NCBI GenBank assembly: GCA_951406725.2
Contig: OX597817.1
Coordinates: 13,888,001 to 13,952,000 of the forward strand
Length of the DNA stretch: 64,000 nt
Source: Octopus vulgaris
Lineage: Eukaryota
Direction: 5' to 3'
The stretch's first letter is position 1. The number at the start of each line of letters is the position of its first letter. Positions 14,530 through 28,696 of the stretch are shown one piece after another. The notes under the pieces were generated by a model. The model searched no databases. It saw nothing but the letters and a program-made list of their open reading frames with translations, and was not told the origin of the DNA. The position numbers and the translations under genes were made by a program.

Positions 14530-15024
14530 ACACACATACAAACACACACACACACACACACATACACACACACACACGCACAGACACACACATTTAATAT
14601 GATATATATATACATATAATATACATGTATCTTTATAGATGATATATATACATATATATATGTGTGTGTGTGTATGTGTGTGTGTGTAAGTGTGTGTATA
14701 CAATATAATAATATAAATGTATCTTTATATATAATATATATATATGTACATAAATATACATACATGTACATTAACAAATATATATAACCCCTCCACACAC
14801 ATATATGTATGTATATATATATGTTTGTGTGTGTGTAGATATATACGTATATATACCTGTTTATAAATACACATGCATTCTATATACAGAATTATATATA
14901 AACACACACATATATCTGTATGACTCTGTCTCTCTCCCGCCTTCTCTCTTCATATATATATATACATATATACACACAAGTATACATACATAGACCCCCT
15001 GTCCCTCTCTCTCCCCATTTATAT

Positions 15025-15090
<66 letters not shown>

Positions 15091-15096
15091 AACACA

Positions 15097-15182
<86 letters not shown>

Positions 15183-15570
15183 AATATATATATGTTTCCA
15201 TTTCAAATTGCTATTTACAAATGTATGATGCTTAATATGTTTCCTTTATATCGAATTCTTAGCTGTTGGTTTACCCGTTGAGACGAGACGAAATATACCC
15301 CCATCGCAACTCATTCGGAGAAATATACACCATTCGATGGAGAAGCAGATTATCGTTTCCATTTACTTCCCTTCTACACTAAATAATTAGACATCCTCAT
15401 TATATCATAAATACAAGGGCGTGTGTATATATATATGTGTGTATGTGGTGTGTGTGTGTGTGTTTGCGCTTGTATGTGTGTTTGTGTGTGTGTGCATTCC
15501 TGTGAGTATTTAGATATTATATAAGTATATATACAAACATATATATATATATATGTGTGTGTGTATAGAA

Positions 15571-15623
<53 letters not shown>

Positions 15624-15662
15624 CATATATATATATGTATGTATATACATATATATACATAC

Positions 15663-15713
<51 letters not shown>

Positions 15714-15930
15714 TACACATATATATATATATATATCACTTTTTTGCATTTGCTTTGCAAGATTCTTTATGTGAATTCGTGTGTTGAAGCATATTTTATT
15801 TTTGTCGAATCAACTGACCCCACTACTTTATTTTCCAAGTTTGGGATTTATTCTATTGGTCCCTTTTATAGACTTGGAGGTGCACCAGAATGGCCGCAGT
15901 CAAATAGCTGAAACAGGTAAAAGATATATG

Positions 15931-16830
15931 TACGAGGTTTGATCAATAGGTATTTGCCATACCAACGGAGCTAAAGCACGCAGAGTCATGCCGCTTAGCA
16001 ACGATTCACCTTGAACTCTGCCGTACATGTGTACAAAGTTTGAACGTTCTGACTCACTTTCGTTGTTTACAAGAGTGCTTGGAAGAAAGGTGTGTAACAT
16101 GTGATTGTCGCATTGACCATGACAGAGAAACTTGTCACGGTGATACCTGCTCATAGGCCTACGCAAAGTTGCAGAAAGTGTATGGAGAGGAGTGTATGAG
16201 CCGCACACAAGTATACGAGTGGTTCAGAAGTTTCCAAGATGGCCGAAAAATGTCGATACTGACGAAGGTTCTGGGAGACCCGCAACCAGCAGAAGGAAAA
16301 TCGTCGAATCTCTATCCGTGAGTTTTCAGAGGATGCGCAGGTTAGTTATGGTTCAGTTCAGTCCATTATCACTGAAGATTTGAGTATGAGACGCATGACT
16401 GCCAATTTTGCGCCAAAACTGCTTTCAGCTGACCAAAAAGATACTAAGGCGGCGAGCTGGCAGAACCGTTAGCACGCCGGGCGAAATGCGTAGCCGTATT
16501 TCGTCTACCGCTACGTTCTGAGATCAAATTCCGCCGAGGTCGACTTTGCCTTTCATCCTTCCGGGGTTGATAAATTGAGTACCAGTTACGCACTGGGGTC
16601 GATATAATCGACTTAATCCGTTTGTCTGTCCTTGTTTGTCCCCTCTGTGTTTAGCCCGTTGTGGGCAATAAAGAAATAAAAAGATAGTCAGATTTCAGTT
16701 ACACAAGATCTCCTTCACTGTATCGAGAATGGTGAAAACTCTTTGAAAACTTTACGTAGGCCTCTGAGCAGATATCTCCAAGCTTTTAGAAAAATTCGAT
16801 GCAGATTCTTTGCTCAACTTTCTCTGTCAT
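15931..16830 (+). pseudogene. Decayed mariner/Tc1 transposon (N-terminal HTH part), interrupted by a SINE B
   Basis: Starts tacgagg (mariner-type terminus). Broken frames read LQKVYGEECMSRTQVYEWFRSFQDGR, NVDTDEGSGRPATS and VSYGSVQSIITEDLSMRRMTANFAPKLLSADQK. Confidence 0.75.
16448..16678 (+). mobile_element. SINE family B monomer inserted in mariner
   Basis: Full family B sequence flanked by the short direct repeat aaaaagata (16435-16443 and 16678-16686). Confidence 0.85.
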
Positions 16831-16851
16831 GGTCAATGATGCGACGATCAC

Positions 16852-16909
<58 letters not shown>

Positions 16910-17046
16910 GGGCTTCTTTCAGTTTCCACTCACAAGGTTCTGTTCGCCCCAAGGCTATAGCAGAAAACATTTGACCAAGGTACTGCGCAGCGAGACTGCA
17001 CCCGGAACCATGCAGCTGGGAAGTAAACTTCTTACCACACAGCTAT

Positions 17047-17095
<49 letters not shown>

Positions 17096-17183
17096 CGTGC
17101 GTATGTGTGTGTGTGTGTGTATGTGTGTGTGTGTGTATGTGTGTATGTGTGTATGTGTGTGTATGTGCATGTGTGTGTGTGTG

Positions 17184-17214
<31 letters not shown>

Positions 17215-17218
<4 letters not shown>

Positions 17219-17599
17219 AGGCGCAATGGCCCAGTGGTTAGGGCAGCGGACTTGCGGTCATAGGATCGCGGTTTCGATTCCCAGACCGGGCGTTGTGAGT
17301 GTTTATTGAGTGAAAACACCTAAAGCTCCACGAGGCTTTGGCAGGGGATGGTAGTGATCCCTGCTGTACTCTTTCACCACAACTTTCCCTCACTCTTACT
17401 TCCTGTTTCTGTTGTACCTGTATTTCAAAGGACCGGCCTTGTCACTCTCTGTGTCACGCTGAATATCCCCGAGAACTACGTTAAGGGTACACGTGTCTGT
17501 GGAGTGCTCAGCCACTTACACGTTAATTTCACGAGCAGGCTGTTCCGTTGATTCGGATCAACCGGAACCCTCATCGTCGTAACCGACGGAGTGCTTCCA
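17215..17599 (+). mobile_element. SINE family C, tail type a
   Basis: tRNA-like A/B boxes; tail ending ccctcatcgtcgtaaccgacggagtgcttcca; near-identical to the reverse complement of 49523-49908. Confidence 0.85.
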
Positions 17600-17850
17600 A
17601 GTGTGTGTGTAAAACATGATGCATGTAAGATTTTAAACCGTCAGCCTGTCCATAGCCAACATTTGTTGGGCAAGTGTTGTTTTAAAGTCCTGCATTCGAA
17701 TTTACAGAATTAGAGACTATTAGCAAATGAAAATAGAAGACCATAGAAACATAGAATGGGAAAATCTAAATTAATTTGATCAATTTAACCTATGTTTGAA
17801 TTTAGACGCCAGGAGCACAGTGTAGGGCGACTCGTATCTAAAGATAATAC

Positions 17851-18242
17851 GCCGGGCGAAATGCTTAGTGGTATTTCGTCTGCTACAACGTTCTGGGTTC
17901 AAATTGCGCCAAGGTCGACTTTGCCTTTCATCCTTTCGGGGTCGATTAAATAAGTACCAGTTACGCACTGGGGTCGATATAATTGACTTAATCCGTTTGT
18001 CTGTCCTTGTTTATCCCCTCTGTGTTTAGCCCCTTGTGGGTATCAAAGAAATAGGTATTTCGTCTGTCGTTACGTTCTGAGTTCAAATTCCACCGAGGTC
18101 GACTTTGCCTTTCATCCTTTCGGGGTCGATTAAATAAGTACCAGTTACGCACTGGGGTCGATGTAATCGACTTAATCCGTTTGTTTGTCTGTCCTTGTTT
18201 GTCCCCTCTGTGTTTCGCCCCTTGTGGGTAGTAAAGAAATAG
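17851..18242 (+). mobile_element. SINE family B head-to-tail dimer, 5'-truncated, with 17-bp TSD
   Basis: Two units joined at aagaaatag|gtatttcgtc; gtatctaaagataatac at 17834-17850 and 18243-18259. Confidence 0.85.
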
Positions 18243-18269
18243 GTATCTAAAGATAATACTCAGTAGTGG

Positions 18270-18750
18270 ATTTCCACACCCCACTCAAACGTCGCACAGT
18301 ATACATTATCCTGAGGTTGTTGATTGAAGATATTGCACCTACTGGGAGTTTGTACTGTTTGTCAAGTCACAACAAAGACCTCAGACAGACAGTACTTTAT
18401 GCAATGAAATATACGTGCAGTTCCAAGTAATACCGACTTTTACAAGACATCTAGGTTGTAAGGGTACGTCTAAGATTTTCAGATCTTCTTTTCAGATTGT
18501 GTGGTATTGAAACCAATGCTCCGATGCAACAGGGATAACCTTTATGTTTGACTCTCGTAGCTGCCACATCTTAGCGATCTCAGTTCTCAGGTCTCCACAT
18601 TTAGCAACAATTTGTCTTTCTTTTTCTTTCAGAATGATATGTTGATTTTCTGGTCCTGCCACGTCAATTATTAGACACTCTTGCTCGTCCCTCCTAAAGG
18701 TTACTATATCCGGCCTTCGGTGCTCTAATACCTTGTCTGGAAAGTCCCTA
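18270..18750 (-). pseudogene. R4/Dong-like LINE 3' remnant (restriction-like endonuclease domain)
   Basis: HRRPDIVTFRRDEQECLIIDVAGPENQHIILKEKE...DLRTEIAKMW (PD...D nuclease motif), then the frameshifted IGALVSIP and L*KSVLLGTARIF; abuts an (AAT/AAC)n tract. Confidence 0.75.
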
Positions 18751-19045
18751 TTGTTACTATTATTATTATTATTATTGTTGTTGTTGTTGTTGTTAAAGCA
18801 GTGAGCTGACAAAGTCATTAGTACGCTGGGAAAATGCTTAGCAGCATTTCGTCCTTCTTTACGTTCTGACTTCAAATTCCGCCGAGGTTGACTTTGCCTT
18901 TCATCCCTTTTGGGGTCGATAAAATAAGCACCAGTTGAATCCTGTAATCAATTTTCTCCTCTCCCCAAATTTCAGGTTTTGTGCCTATATTAGGAAAGAT
19001 TATTAAGGCAGTGAGCTGACAGAATTAAGAATTATTATATCACAA

Positions 19046-19405
19046 GGCGCAAGAGTGGCTGTGTGGTAAGTAGCTTGCTTACCAACCACATAGTGCCAGG
19101 TTCAGTCCCACTGCGTGGCACCTTGGGCAAGTGTCTTCTACTATAGCCTCGGGCTGACCAAAGCCTTGTCAGTGGATTTGGTAGATGGAAACTGAAGAAG
19201 TGTGTCTGTGTGTCTGGGTTTGTTCCCCGCCCCCAACATCGCCTCACACCCGATGCTGGTGTGTTTACGACCCGTAACTTAGCGGTTCAGCAAAAGAGGC
19301 CCATAGAATAAGTAGTAGGCTTACAAACAATAAGTCCTGGGGTCGATTTCCTCGACTAAATGCGGTGCTCCAGCATGGTTCAGTCAAATGACTGAAACAA
19401 GTAAA
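19046..19405 (+). mobile_element. SINE family A lacking most of the internal microsatellite
   Basis: ggcgcaagagtggctgtgtggtaag...cagtcaaatgactgaaacaagtaaa. Confidence 0.85.
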
Positions 19406-20528
19406 TGAGAAAAAGCGATATCGAACGTCGAGCTGGGAGAGTCGTTAGCTTAACGGACAAAATGCATCGCAGCATTTCCTCCGTGATTTTATTCGGTGTT
19501 CAGATTCCGCCGAGGTAGACTTTGCATTTCATTCTTTTGTAGTCGATAAAATATTTACCAGTCGAGCACTGAGATCGATATAACTGAGCCCCACCTCCTC
19601 CAATATTGCAGGCCGATGCATGCTTCTATGTTTGTATACATGTCTTTATGTGTGTACGTGTGAGGTTGTTAGTATGTGTGTGTGTGCGTATGTATATGTT
19701 TGCGTATTCGTAGACATTTCCGATTGCAACGATATGAGTTGCCGCAAAAGTCAAAATTCGTACTTCAAATATATGCAGCGGAACCGAAAGTATTGACATT
19801 AATATCACAGCTGAATGAATTGAGTCAGACTTCGTTTATCTTTAATGTTTTAACTAGATTCGTACTACACTTCCAATCACGTGAAGTACTACAGAAAGTA
19901 AAAAAAACGTTGAAAAGCAGACAAAATGTGACGTGGAGAGAAAGAAAGAAAGAAAGAAAAAAGAAAGAAGGAAGGAAAGAAAGAAAGAAAGAAAGAAAGA
20001 AAGAACGACAGAAAGAAAAAAGAAAGAAAGAAAGCGGGAGGAGTCGGCATTAGAAAATTAAAGATATATTTTCAAGCTGATCTTTTGTATTACGAGCGAC
20101 CAAGTGATCTCTATTCGATAAGTTCGATTTATTAGAAATAACAATCAAATCATCCTTATTGCAAACTCCATAACTTGAAAGATAGGAACGATACATTCCA
20201 TACTCTAGATCTGTATTAAAAAAACAAAAACAAGAAAAAAAAAGACTGTATGAGAACTTTTGTGCTCAGAGTTCTCGTCGATCAGGGCTGACCAGAGGAC
20301 GAATAACAACAACTGTAGATTACTTCAAAGATTTTCGGAACGATTTTTTCATTATCAAGTACTTTTTTTTTTTAATTTAATTTTGAGTGTAGCAGCAACA
20401 CAAGAATTAAAAATATTCTCATGAACAACGTATGTGAAGGCAAATGTGCTCCAACTGGAAACGATCACTGCGTTTCAGATGTCTCGCTTTTACTTATTGC
20501 AAATCGACGTCGGTCTGTCTGTCTGTTT

Positions 20529-20596
<68 letters not shown>

Positions 20597-20677
20597 AAAT
20601 TAATTAAGGGTAGAAATTGATATTTATCAATTAAGACCAGTGGTCTAGCATATTAAAAAAAGAATCCGAAGATTAAA

Positions 20678-20893
20678 ATATTTATATATACCAATTAAGT
20701 GACTGAACACGAAAAGTGGTCAGTCAACATGCTAGATATAGACGTCAAATCGTCATTCACCACAAAAGATTATGTTCTCAGATCAATGATCTGATAACAT
20801 AATCTTTTGTGGTGAATGACGATTTGACGTCTATATCTAGCATGTTGACTGACCACTTTTCGTGTTCAGTCCTTAATTGGTATATATAAATAT
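20678..20893. repeat. Near-perfect 216-bp palindrome
   Basis: Arms 20678-20785 and 20787-20893 around a 1-nt centre (tcagatca-a-tgatctga); one substitution and one 1-nt indel seen. Confidence 0.95.
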
Positions 20894-20930
20894 ATATATA
20901 TACTTTATTTTAAGCAGCAGAAAATTCAAC

Positions 20931-20978
20931 AAAATCTGTTACTCTGAGTTTCTCGTTGCCGTTCATCAGACAGTTTTT
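20931..20978 (-). ncRNA. Type I hammerhead ribozyme motif
   Basis: Minus strand CTGT-CTGATGA-A CG gcaa CG A-GAAA-CTC A GAGT-A-ACAG: stem I CTGT/ACAG (extends AAAA/TTTT past one mismatch), stem II with GNRA loop (first pair A.A), stem III ACTC/GAGT, GUA cleavage triplet. Confidence 0.6.
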
Positions 20979-23900
20979 GCTAGAATGGAACATATATATA
21001 AATTCAATCTATACTCTTACAAACGCTACACCTTTAAAAAGAAATGGACTTGTTTGATTGGCCCTTTAGAAAAAACGGTCAATCTTCGAGCGATAAACAA
21101 AAAGGTCAAAAATATATGTATATATATATATAAAGAGAAAAGGAGAGACAGATTGGTACATTTCCTTCGCTATGTCGTATTTAGTTGCTACAATCTGAAT
21201 TAAAATCCTGTCGACTTCGTCTTTCATCGTGTTGAACTTTGGGAAGAAGTTGTAAACAACAAGGGTGAATACATTATTGATTAATTAATTGTTATTTTTT
21301 TTATTAAACCTTAAAAAAAAATTAAATTTAAGAAAAAAAAACGGCGGTTACTTAGTTGCCAATCCAATATATTGGAAATTATTGTTGAGTTATTGATAAC
21401 TTACACAGGAATAGATTTACTTCTTCAGACATATAACTAATGGAATTGTGATTGTGTATCAATGCTTTTCACATTGGCTTTAGAGACAACAGTAAAAAAA
21501 ATATCTGGATATCAAAAGCAACTTCCGGACATGTTTTATTCAGGAACATATGTGCTCGTGAAGGATTGCTAAAGTCAGCAATTTTGAAGAGAAGAGATTA
21601 GCCGATATTATCGACCCTTATACTTGATTAATAATTATTTTTTTAACGAGCTCGGAAGGATAAAGACAACTTAACCTTGACTGGAAGAAAACACCATTTT
21701 TCTGACGAACAAGCTATTCTCCCAGCTTGTTGCCTATTAGGATTAGTAAAACACATAGCAGAAAAATAAGTAAAATTGTTTTATAGTTAATTCATGTAGA
21801 AAGGATATATTTTTAAGGAATTGATATAAACTGAATATCGAAACTTGTCTTAGCGGAATCTTACCAAATTCTCTCCGTCGCTCTGCACAATCTACTCATT
21901 AGTGAGTCCCCATAATCTTTTGAATCGCAAGGACTTTAATTCTATCTATTTTGTTCCGGGCAAGAAAGCTTGGTGGAGTCTGTGTCCAGAAGAAGAATTG
22001 AACTCACTATGCCAGTTTAACAATACAGCCGTGTCGTTTCTAGCCTGTGGTATATACTAACTATACAAACTGTCACTCCTTGGCCACATATCTGGTGCTG
22101 TGTTGACTCAGCCATTTGTAGTTTTCAATTTACATATTCTCATGAATATCAATGCTATTGAGTCTACTTAAAATGCATTCACTGATTAAATGTGGATAAA
22201 CACGTTTACTTACGTTATAAGTGCAGATCTCGTGTGAGTAATAAGAAAAGAAGCAGCATATTTAATGAACAGCTGCGTAAAAATGCAATACCTGTTGAAG
22301 GTACATGCCATCTTGCACGTTGTCGTTGGTTTACAGACAACAATAAATAGCTACGATGATGAAAAAGAACTGCAGAAAGATGTAGAAAGACAACACTATT
22401 TCCAATAATCAATTTTTGTAATTTCAATGATCAAAGAGTTCCTTTCATTTATTTTCTTTTTAGCTTGTTTTTATCTTTTTTAACAGGATAAAGAGAAGCA
22501 GTTGGTGTTAGCGTTTGATATTGCATCAATTAATTCCAATTAGAAATGGTTGGTTTAAATATCTGTTTCTCACACATTCACTGACATAAACTGTGACGAA
22601 CATAAACCCATATGCTCTCGCACAACCGTACTGACACACACGCACGACGAATGCAAAGAAGGCCGACTTGATATCTATCTGAAACCCGTCTTGTACAAAT
22701 GTGGAACAATCTGTTCGCTTTTGAACTCGTATAAAAAGGATGATAGCAGCGGCGTGAAAGGCTGCAAGAGTGGCAGCGGTGTTTGTACCGGGGAACCAAA
22801 GCTGGCGAACAAGAAGCTATTTGAGACGACAAACCAGGCTGATAGATATTTAGCAAAAGAAAAGGGGGAAGAAAATAGCACTGATAAGATATTTTTCCTT
22901 CTAAATCATCATCACCATTTTCATCAACAACAATGGCAACAAAAGCAACAATAGCAACAACAACAACAACACGAACAACAACATGAACAAAACGACGAAA
23001 ACTTCTGAAACAAAACGACAAAGTAAAAGAATAACTTCCAGTATGCGTCTCGTCAGTTTTGTGAAGGGAGGGGCAAGGCACCGCCCTGCCCACTTAACAC
23101 CCGCCTGTTCGAATTGTAGAGTAAGGATGCACTGCCAGGACCTGTCACAGGACCACCACCGGCAAATTCAAGGTTTTATACTATAAGACGAAGGAGTGAA
23201 AAGAAATGGCCAGCATTATGTTCTTTTCAATAGACCACCTCCCATTTTTTCGGGTGATGAACAGAAGCTGTTAACCGCCAGCGAAAACCACAAGCTAAGA
23301 TAGAAGTCACATTGCTGTTCCCGATAAAAGAAGTTCACAAACCACTTCAAAGGTTGAGTAACACCAAACAAATAAATAAACAAAACAATACATAAGACAA
23401 AAAGAATTAATGATAACAAAATAAAGAAAATTACGAAGAATTTTTTTAAAAAAAGAGATTTTTTTGTTTGTTTGTTTTATCAAGATTTACACATTTTCAT
23501 TCTGGCAGACTGTTAGATCTCTATCTGCGACTGCGTTGTTTACCTTGAATTAAACAGACAGAAACATGCTGACAGCATGATTCTGTCTGTCTAATTAAAG
23601 ATTGGAAAGGCTGTTAGGCTCATACCACGGTAGAATCTGACTACGCACAGCTACGATGTAGAACTCCTGCAAGAAGGTGCAATATTTTGGTCGTTTAAAT
23701 AGCAAAAAGCCATCAGCGGTTCACCGCAATTGATAGCTTTTCCTTATAGAAGCTATTATTTCACTTATCACTCACAACAGGCGCCATGAATAAAGTACAT
23801 AAAAGTTTCATAGGTGTAGAACAGTGCAAGGAATTGTTTGGTGGTGTTAGTTGTCGGTAACGGAGGGGACCGTTTCTCAGTTGTATCGACTACAATCATC

Positions 23901-24376
23901 CCTAAATGTATTAACCGCAGATATAGATAAATAATTGTGGTTGCAATGTGGTCGGTTGATGGTGGTCGTAGTAGCAGTAGTAGTTGAGGGAAGTGTTTAA
24001 CTATATTCTGTTATCCTCTCATCGTTTTCAAATGTCTCGTTATATCTTACCTATTAACCATTCATATTTCTAAAGTTATATTTAATCTCAATTTTCTTTT
24101 CTCTTTTTTTTCTTGGGAAGGAGAGTGAGAAAGCAAGAGAAAGCGCGAGAGAAAGAAAAATACAGAGAGAGAGAGAGAGAGAGAGATATGACGAAACACA
24201 TGACAGCATTTGGCTGTTGAGTAATAATCCAGAACTCAGATGGTATTTGGTGATGGAATGTTGGTAGAGTAACGGATAAGAGGAAGTATAAAAACGTATT
24301 GTAATTATTACGCGGTTTATATACTTAGCCATTTTCTGTTCTCCTTCTTCCGCGCTCTCCACCTCTTTCTCACATA

Positions 24377-24875
24377 TATGTATGTATGTATGTAAGTATG
24401 TATGTATGTATGTATGTATGTATGTATGTATGTATGTATGTATGTATGTATGTATGTATGTATGTATGCATGTATGTATGTATGTATGTATGTATGTATG
24501 TATGTATGTATGCATGTATGTATGTATGTATGTATGTATGTATGCATGTATGTATGTATGTATGTATGTATGTATGTATGTGTGTATGTATGTATGTATG
24601 TATGTATGTATGTATGTATGTATGTATGTATGTATGTATGTATGTATGCATGTATGTATGTATGTATGTATGTATGTATGTATGTATGTATGTATGTATG
24701 TATGTATGTATGTATGTATGTATGTATGTATGCATGTATCTATGTATGTATGTATGTATGTATGCATGTATGCATGTATGTATGATTGCATGCACGCATG
24801 CATGTATGTATGTATGTATGCATGCACGCATGTATGCACGCATGTATGCACGCATGTATGCATATATGTATGTAT
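24377..24875. repeat. (TATG)n microsatellite, ~500 bp, with periodic CATG variants
   Basis: Direct reading of the sequence. Confidence 0.95.
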
Positions 24876-25931
24876 ACACACGTGTGTGTGTGTGTGTGTT
24901 TGAGAGAGAGAGAGAGAAAGTGTCTGTGTGTGTTTATCTTTCTATTTACTTATCTATCTATTCCTGTATTAGCGATGGAAATAGTATTAGTTCAGAATAG
25001 CATTCTGTGTATCTTACTTAACGGGTATAGACTGTACATCTTGTAGAAAGCGACAACATTGCGGTATTTGTCTCGTATAGAGGTATAGTGCTAAAAAGCA
25101 CAAAAGTGTATCAGTCGCCCGGCAAAAATAATCCAGCAGCGGCAGTGGAATTACTAAATCTGGGTTTCTGCATCTTTGCACAGCATTGGTAGCAAATATT
25201 CATCATCAACTGCATGCTTAAACAAATTTGTCTTCTGCTGATATAGAAAATCGGTGATTAACAAATCATTGGTTTTTCAAATAGCCCTGCAGGTGGCCAT
25301 ATGTTTCGCTCTAACGAGCTTATCAAATGAATGAGGTGTTGGCTTCGGTTGATGGAATTTATGATTAAAAATGGGAGAGATTATTTGAAAATGGGGTTTT
25401 CTAAATGACAATAAAAATGTTTAAAAATTTTATATTGAGGAAGGTTAGGAAAGTATCAGGAATAGAAGAATAGTGGTGAAGCAGGGAGGGACAGAAACTA
25501 ATATGGTTTTCTAGTAGTTTAGTTGTTGCTCGTCCTTTACTTTCTCACTACAATTTCTTTGCTTTTGATGTTCCCCTGCCCATCTTCTAATATAAATAAA
25601 CTTTCTCCATCTTTATCATTAAAAAAATAAGTTGTGAATTAGTCTCTCCTAGTTTTAGCTATAAATTCCACCAAACGAAACGAACAGTCCATTCATTTAA
25701 TAAGCTCATATATATTGAAACACTTTTACCATTTGTAATAAGATCCATTTTGCAGTTTTTTATTAAATATAATGTATGATATTATTCTCGATGTCTAAAT
25801 CCATCTTAAGTCTTTTGAAAAAGGCTTTAAGTTTACAGATAACCTTTCATATACACACATACAGACCTAAATGCATGAAACTTGAACTCTTGGAAAAATA
25901 GAAATATCTATCACATTTCTTTTAATAAATA

Positions 25932-26197
25932 CTAGCAGTATCGCCCGGCGTTGCTCGGGTTTGTAAAGGAAATAACTATATAAGCAGAAAAATTCATTAC
26001 AAATGGGAAAAATTGTTGGTAAATTTTTTTTTAAATCGTAGACTCATCGTAGACGCGCGCTAATACTCAGAAGGGCTCGATATGAATCACGACTATAAGA
26101 TACCCGGTTTTGGTTAAACTGCACCGCAAAATGTGGGAGTAGTTAGGAATCTAAATCGTAGGAGTCAGACACACAACTTCACTTTTATATATAAAGA
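25932..26197 (-). mobile_element. Non-autonomous Helitron (internally deleted relative of 13692-14196)
   Basis: Same CTAG/hairpin end and shared block aaatcgtagactcatcgt...ggaatctaaatcg; A|TC start. Confidence 0.75.
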
Positions 26198-26580
26198 TAT
26201 TCGCAACGCATTGACTACTCATATTTTTGCTCGTGAAATCACTAACAAATACAATAATATTCACTAGAAATAGTTTGAAATGGAGATGTACAGCTTGGAA
26301 GTTCAGAGAAGCAAGTGAGTTTCATCAGGGAGAAGAGACAAAGATGTTGCAGGTAGAGGGATTAAAGACGAGCAATACGGAAACTGTTCAGACTTTCAGT
26401 GGAGATTAATTCCGGAGACAGTGTAATTATGCTATTAAGTAATGACGTATTGTAATTTAAGTATTAGAGTACCACTATATAAACAAGCACACATCAAAAT
26501 TCGTTTTATATAAAACATGCTTGAGTTTCAAGGGGGATAATCGAGTTTCTTTGACTATTGGAAATGCAGTAAATATGAAG

Positions 26581-26983
26581 GGCGCAGGAGTGGCTGTGTG
26601 GTAAGTAGCTTGTTTACCAACCACATGGTTCCGGGTTCAGTCCCACTGCGTGGCACCTTGGGCAAGTGTCTTCTACTATAGCCTCGTGCCGACCAGTGGA
26701 TTTGGTAGACGGAAACTGAAAGAAGCCCGTCGTATATATGTATATATATATGCGTGTGTGTGTTTGTGTGTCTGTGTTTGGCCCCTAGCATTGCTTGACA
26801 ACCGATGCTGGTGTGTTTATGTCCCCCGTTACTTAGCGGTTCGGCAAAAGAGACCGAGAAAATAAGTACTGGGCTTACAAAATAATAAGTCCCGGGGTCG
26901 AGTTGCTCGATTAAAGGCGGTGCTCCAGCATGGCCGCAGTCAAATGACTGAAACAAGTAAAAGAGTAAATGAGTAAAAGAGTA
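26581..26983 (+). mobile_element. SINE family A, full length
   Basis: A box tggctgtgtgg, B box ggttcagtccc, CORE-like ccttgggcaagtg, internal TA/TG tract, 3' stem-loop cagtcaaatgactg and (gagtaaaa)n tail. Confidence 0.9.
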
Positions 26984-28266
26984 ACCGAGAAGTGGAATAA
27001 GCTACCAAAGAAGCTAATTCTATGTAGATAGACGCGTTAACTGGAAACGGCACAATAATTTATAAAAAACTTATAGGTCGGATTTCATCGAACCATTATC
27101 GATAAAAAAATACCGAAGCTGTAATCAAACGATTATACTTGTAGAGAAAATATACATAGTGTTTCATACACACACAAAAAAAGGAAAATATCGATATTAG
27201 GATCTTTATAACCTAATTGATATTGATATTTTCCACACACACACACACACACGCGCGTGCATAATTAATGTTGAAATTATCTCTTTCTATATATATATGC
27301 TCATTTATGCGTTCATATATTTAATAGTGTTTCTCTTTATATCCCAAATTAATTATAGGTTTTGTTCTGGCTTATCTAGATCTATTTTCGAGATACATAA
27401 TTACATACATACATATCTACCTACCTATCTACATATGTGTGTGGCACTTGTATGGTTGGCTGCGCACGCACACAAACACACACATGCACATACACTCACT
27501 CATGTACACACTCACACACACATGCGCATACACACATTTATATAATAGATATCTACATACACTCATGTACACGGATGCATATACATACATGTGGCTAAGA
27601 ACTTCACTTTGCCAACACGCAGTCTCTGGTTCGAGCCCATTGCGCAGTATTTTCCTCCTTGTGAGTGGAAGTTGTTAACAGTACTGAAGCCCATCATATA
27701 TACGTATTTATATATTTCTTCCCTATCAGCGAAAGATGAATCGTCATCTGTCCTCTTCAACAGGAGAGTCCCCCGCCAATCAATCACTCAATCAATCAAT
27801 CAATCGATCAATCAATCAATATGCGTGTGTGCGCGCGTGCGCGCGTGCGCACGTGCGTGTGATTTTCTTATATATATTCACAAGAATCAAGGCACATCAA
27901 CCCGCAGGACGCCAGAAATGGCTAGGTACTACAACATAGAACTCACATTGGAATAAACGACATTGAATACATCAAGTGTTTGTAGGATACCGTTGATATG
28001 CAATTTTAAACCAAATCCATTTTAAGCCCTAAATCAAACTTAGGGGTGGGTCCTTGGTGATGTGCAGGTATAAAAAGTAAACATAAATGGCGTCTAAAAT
28101 TTACGACAGCTGTTTCGGTAGAATTTTATTTATTTAATGCAGACATTAAAGATCATATCAATATTTAATCCACCATGATCAAGTAAATTTTAAACAAATA
28201 AGATTAAACCGGGTAAGATTTTAAACATCGACCCGGACATAGTCAACATTCGTAAGTGTTTACTTT

Positions 28267-28327
<61 letters not shown>

Positions 28328-28344
28328 TACATTGTATATATATG

Positions 28345-28426
<82 letters not shown>

Positions 28427-28464
28427 TGTATGTATGTATGGATGGATGGATGGATGGATGGATG

Positions 28465-28542
<78 letters not shown>

Positions 28543-28572
28543 TGTATGGATGGATGGATGGATGGATGGATA

Positions 28573-28650
<78 letters not shown>

Positions 28651-28696
28651 TGTATGTATGTATGTATGGATGGATGGATGGATGGATGGATGGATA

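Noticed and set aside
16259-16290. CTGACGAAGG...ACC as a hammerhead
   Set aside because: It is mariner coding sequence (TDEGSGRP) and lacks GAAA.
17221-17290. Functional tRNA genes at SINE heads (also 6850, 26581, 41834 and 52240)
   Set aside because: They have A/B boxes but no complete acceptor stem, and they run directly into repeat bodies.
21702-21736. CTGACGA followed by hairpin ACAAGCT/AGCTTGT as a hammerhead
   Set aside because: There is no GAAA after the stem and no stem I or III.
22691-22954. 87-aa ORF as a host exon
   Set aside because: It has a non-ATG start, no recognisable domain and ends in CAT/CAA repeats.
24054-25046. Long YIHT/MYVC ORFs (also at 15374-15911, 28243-28854, 40268-41149 and 45079-45885)
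   Set aside because: (TATG)n and (TA)n repeats lack stop codons.
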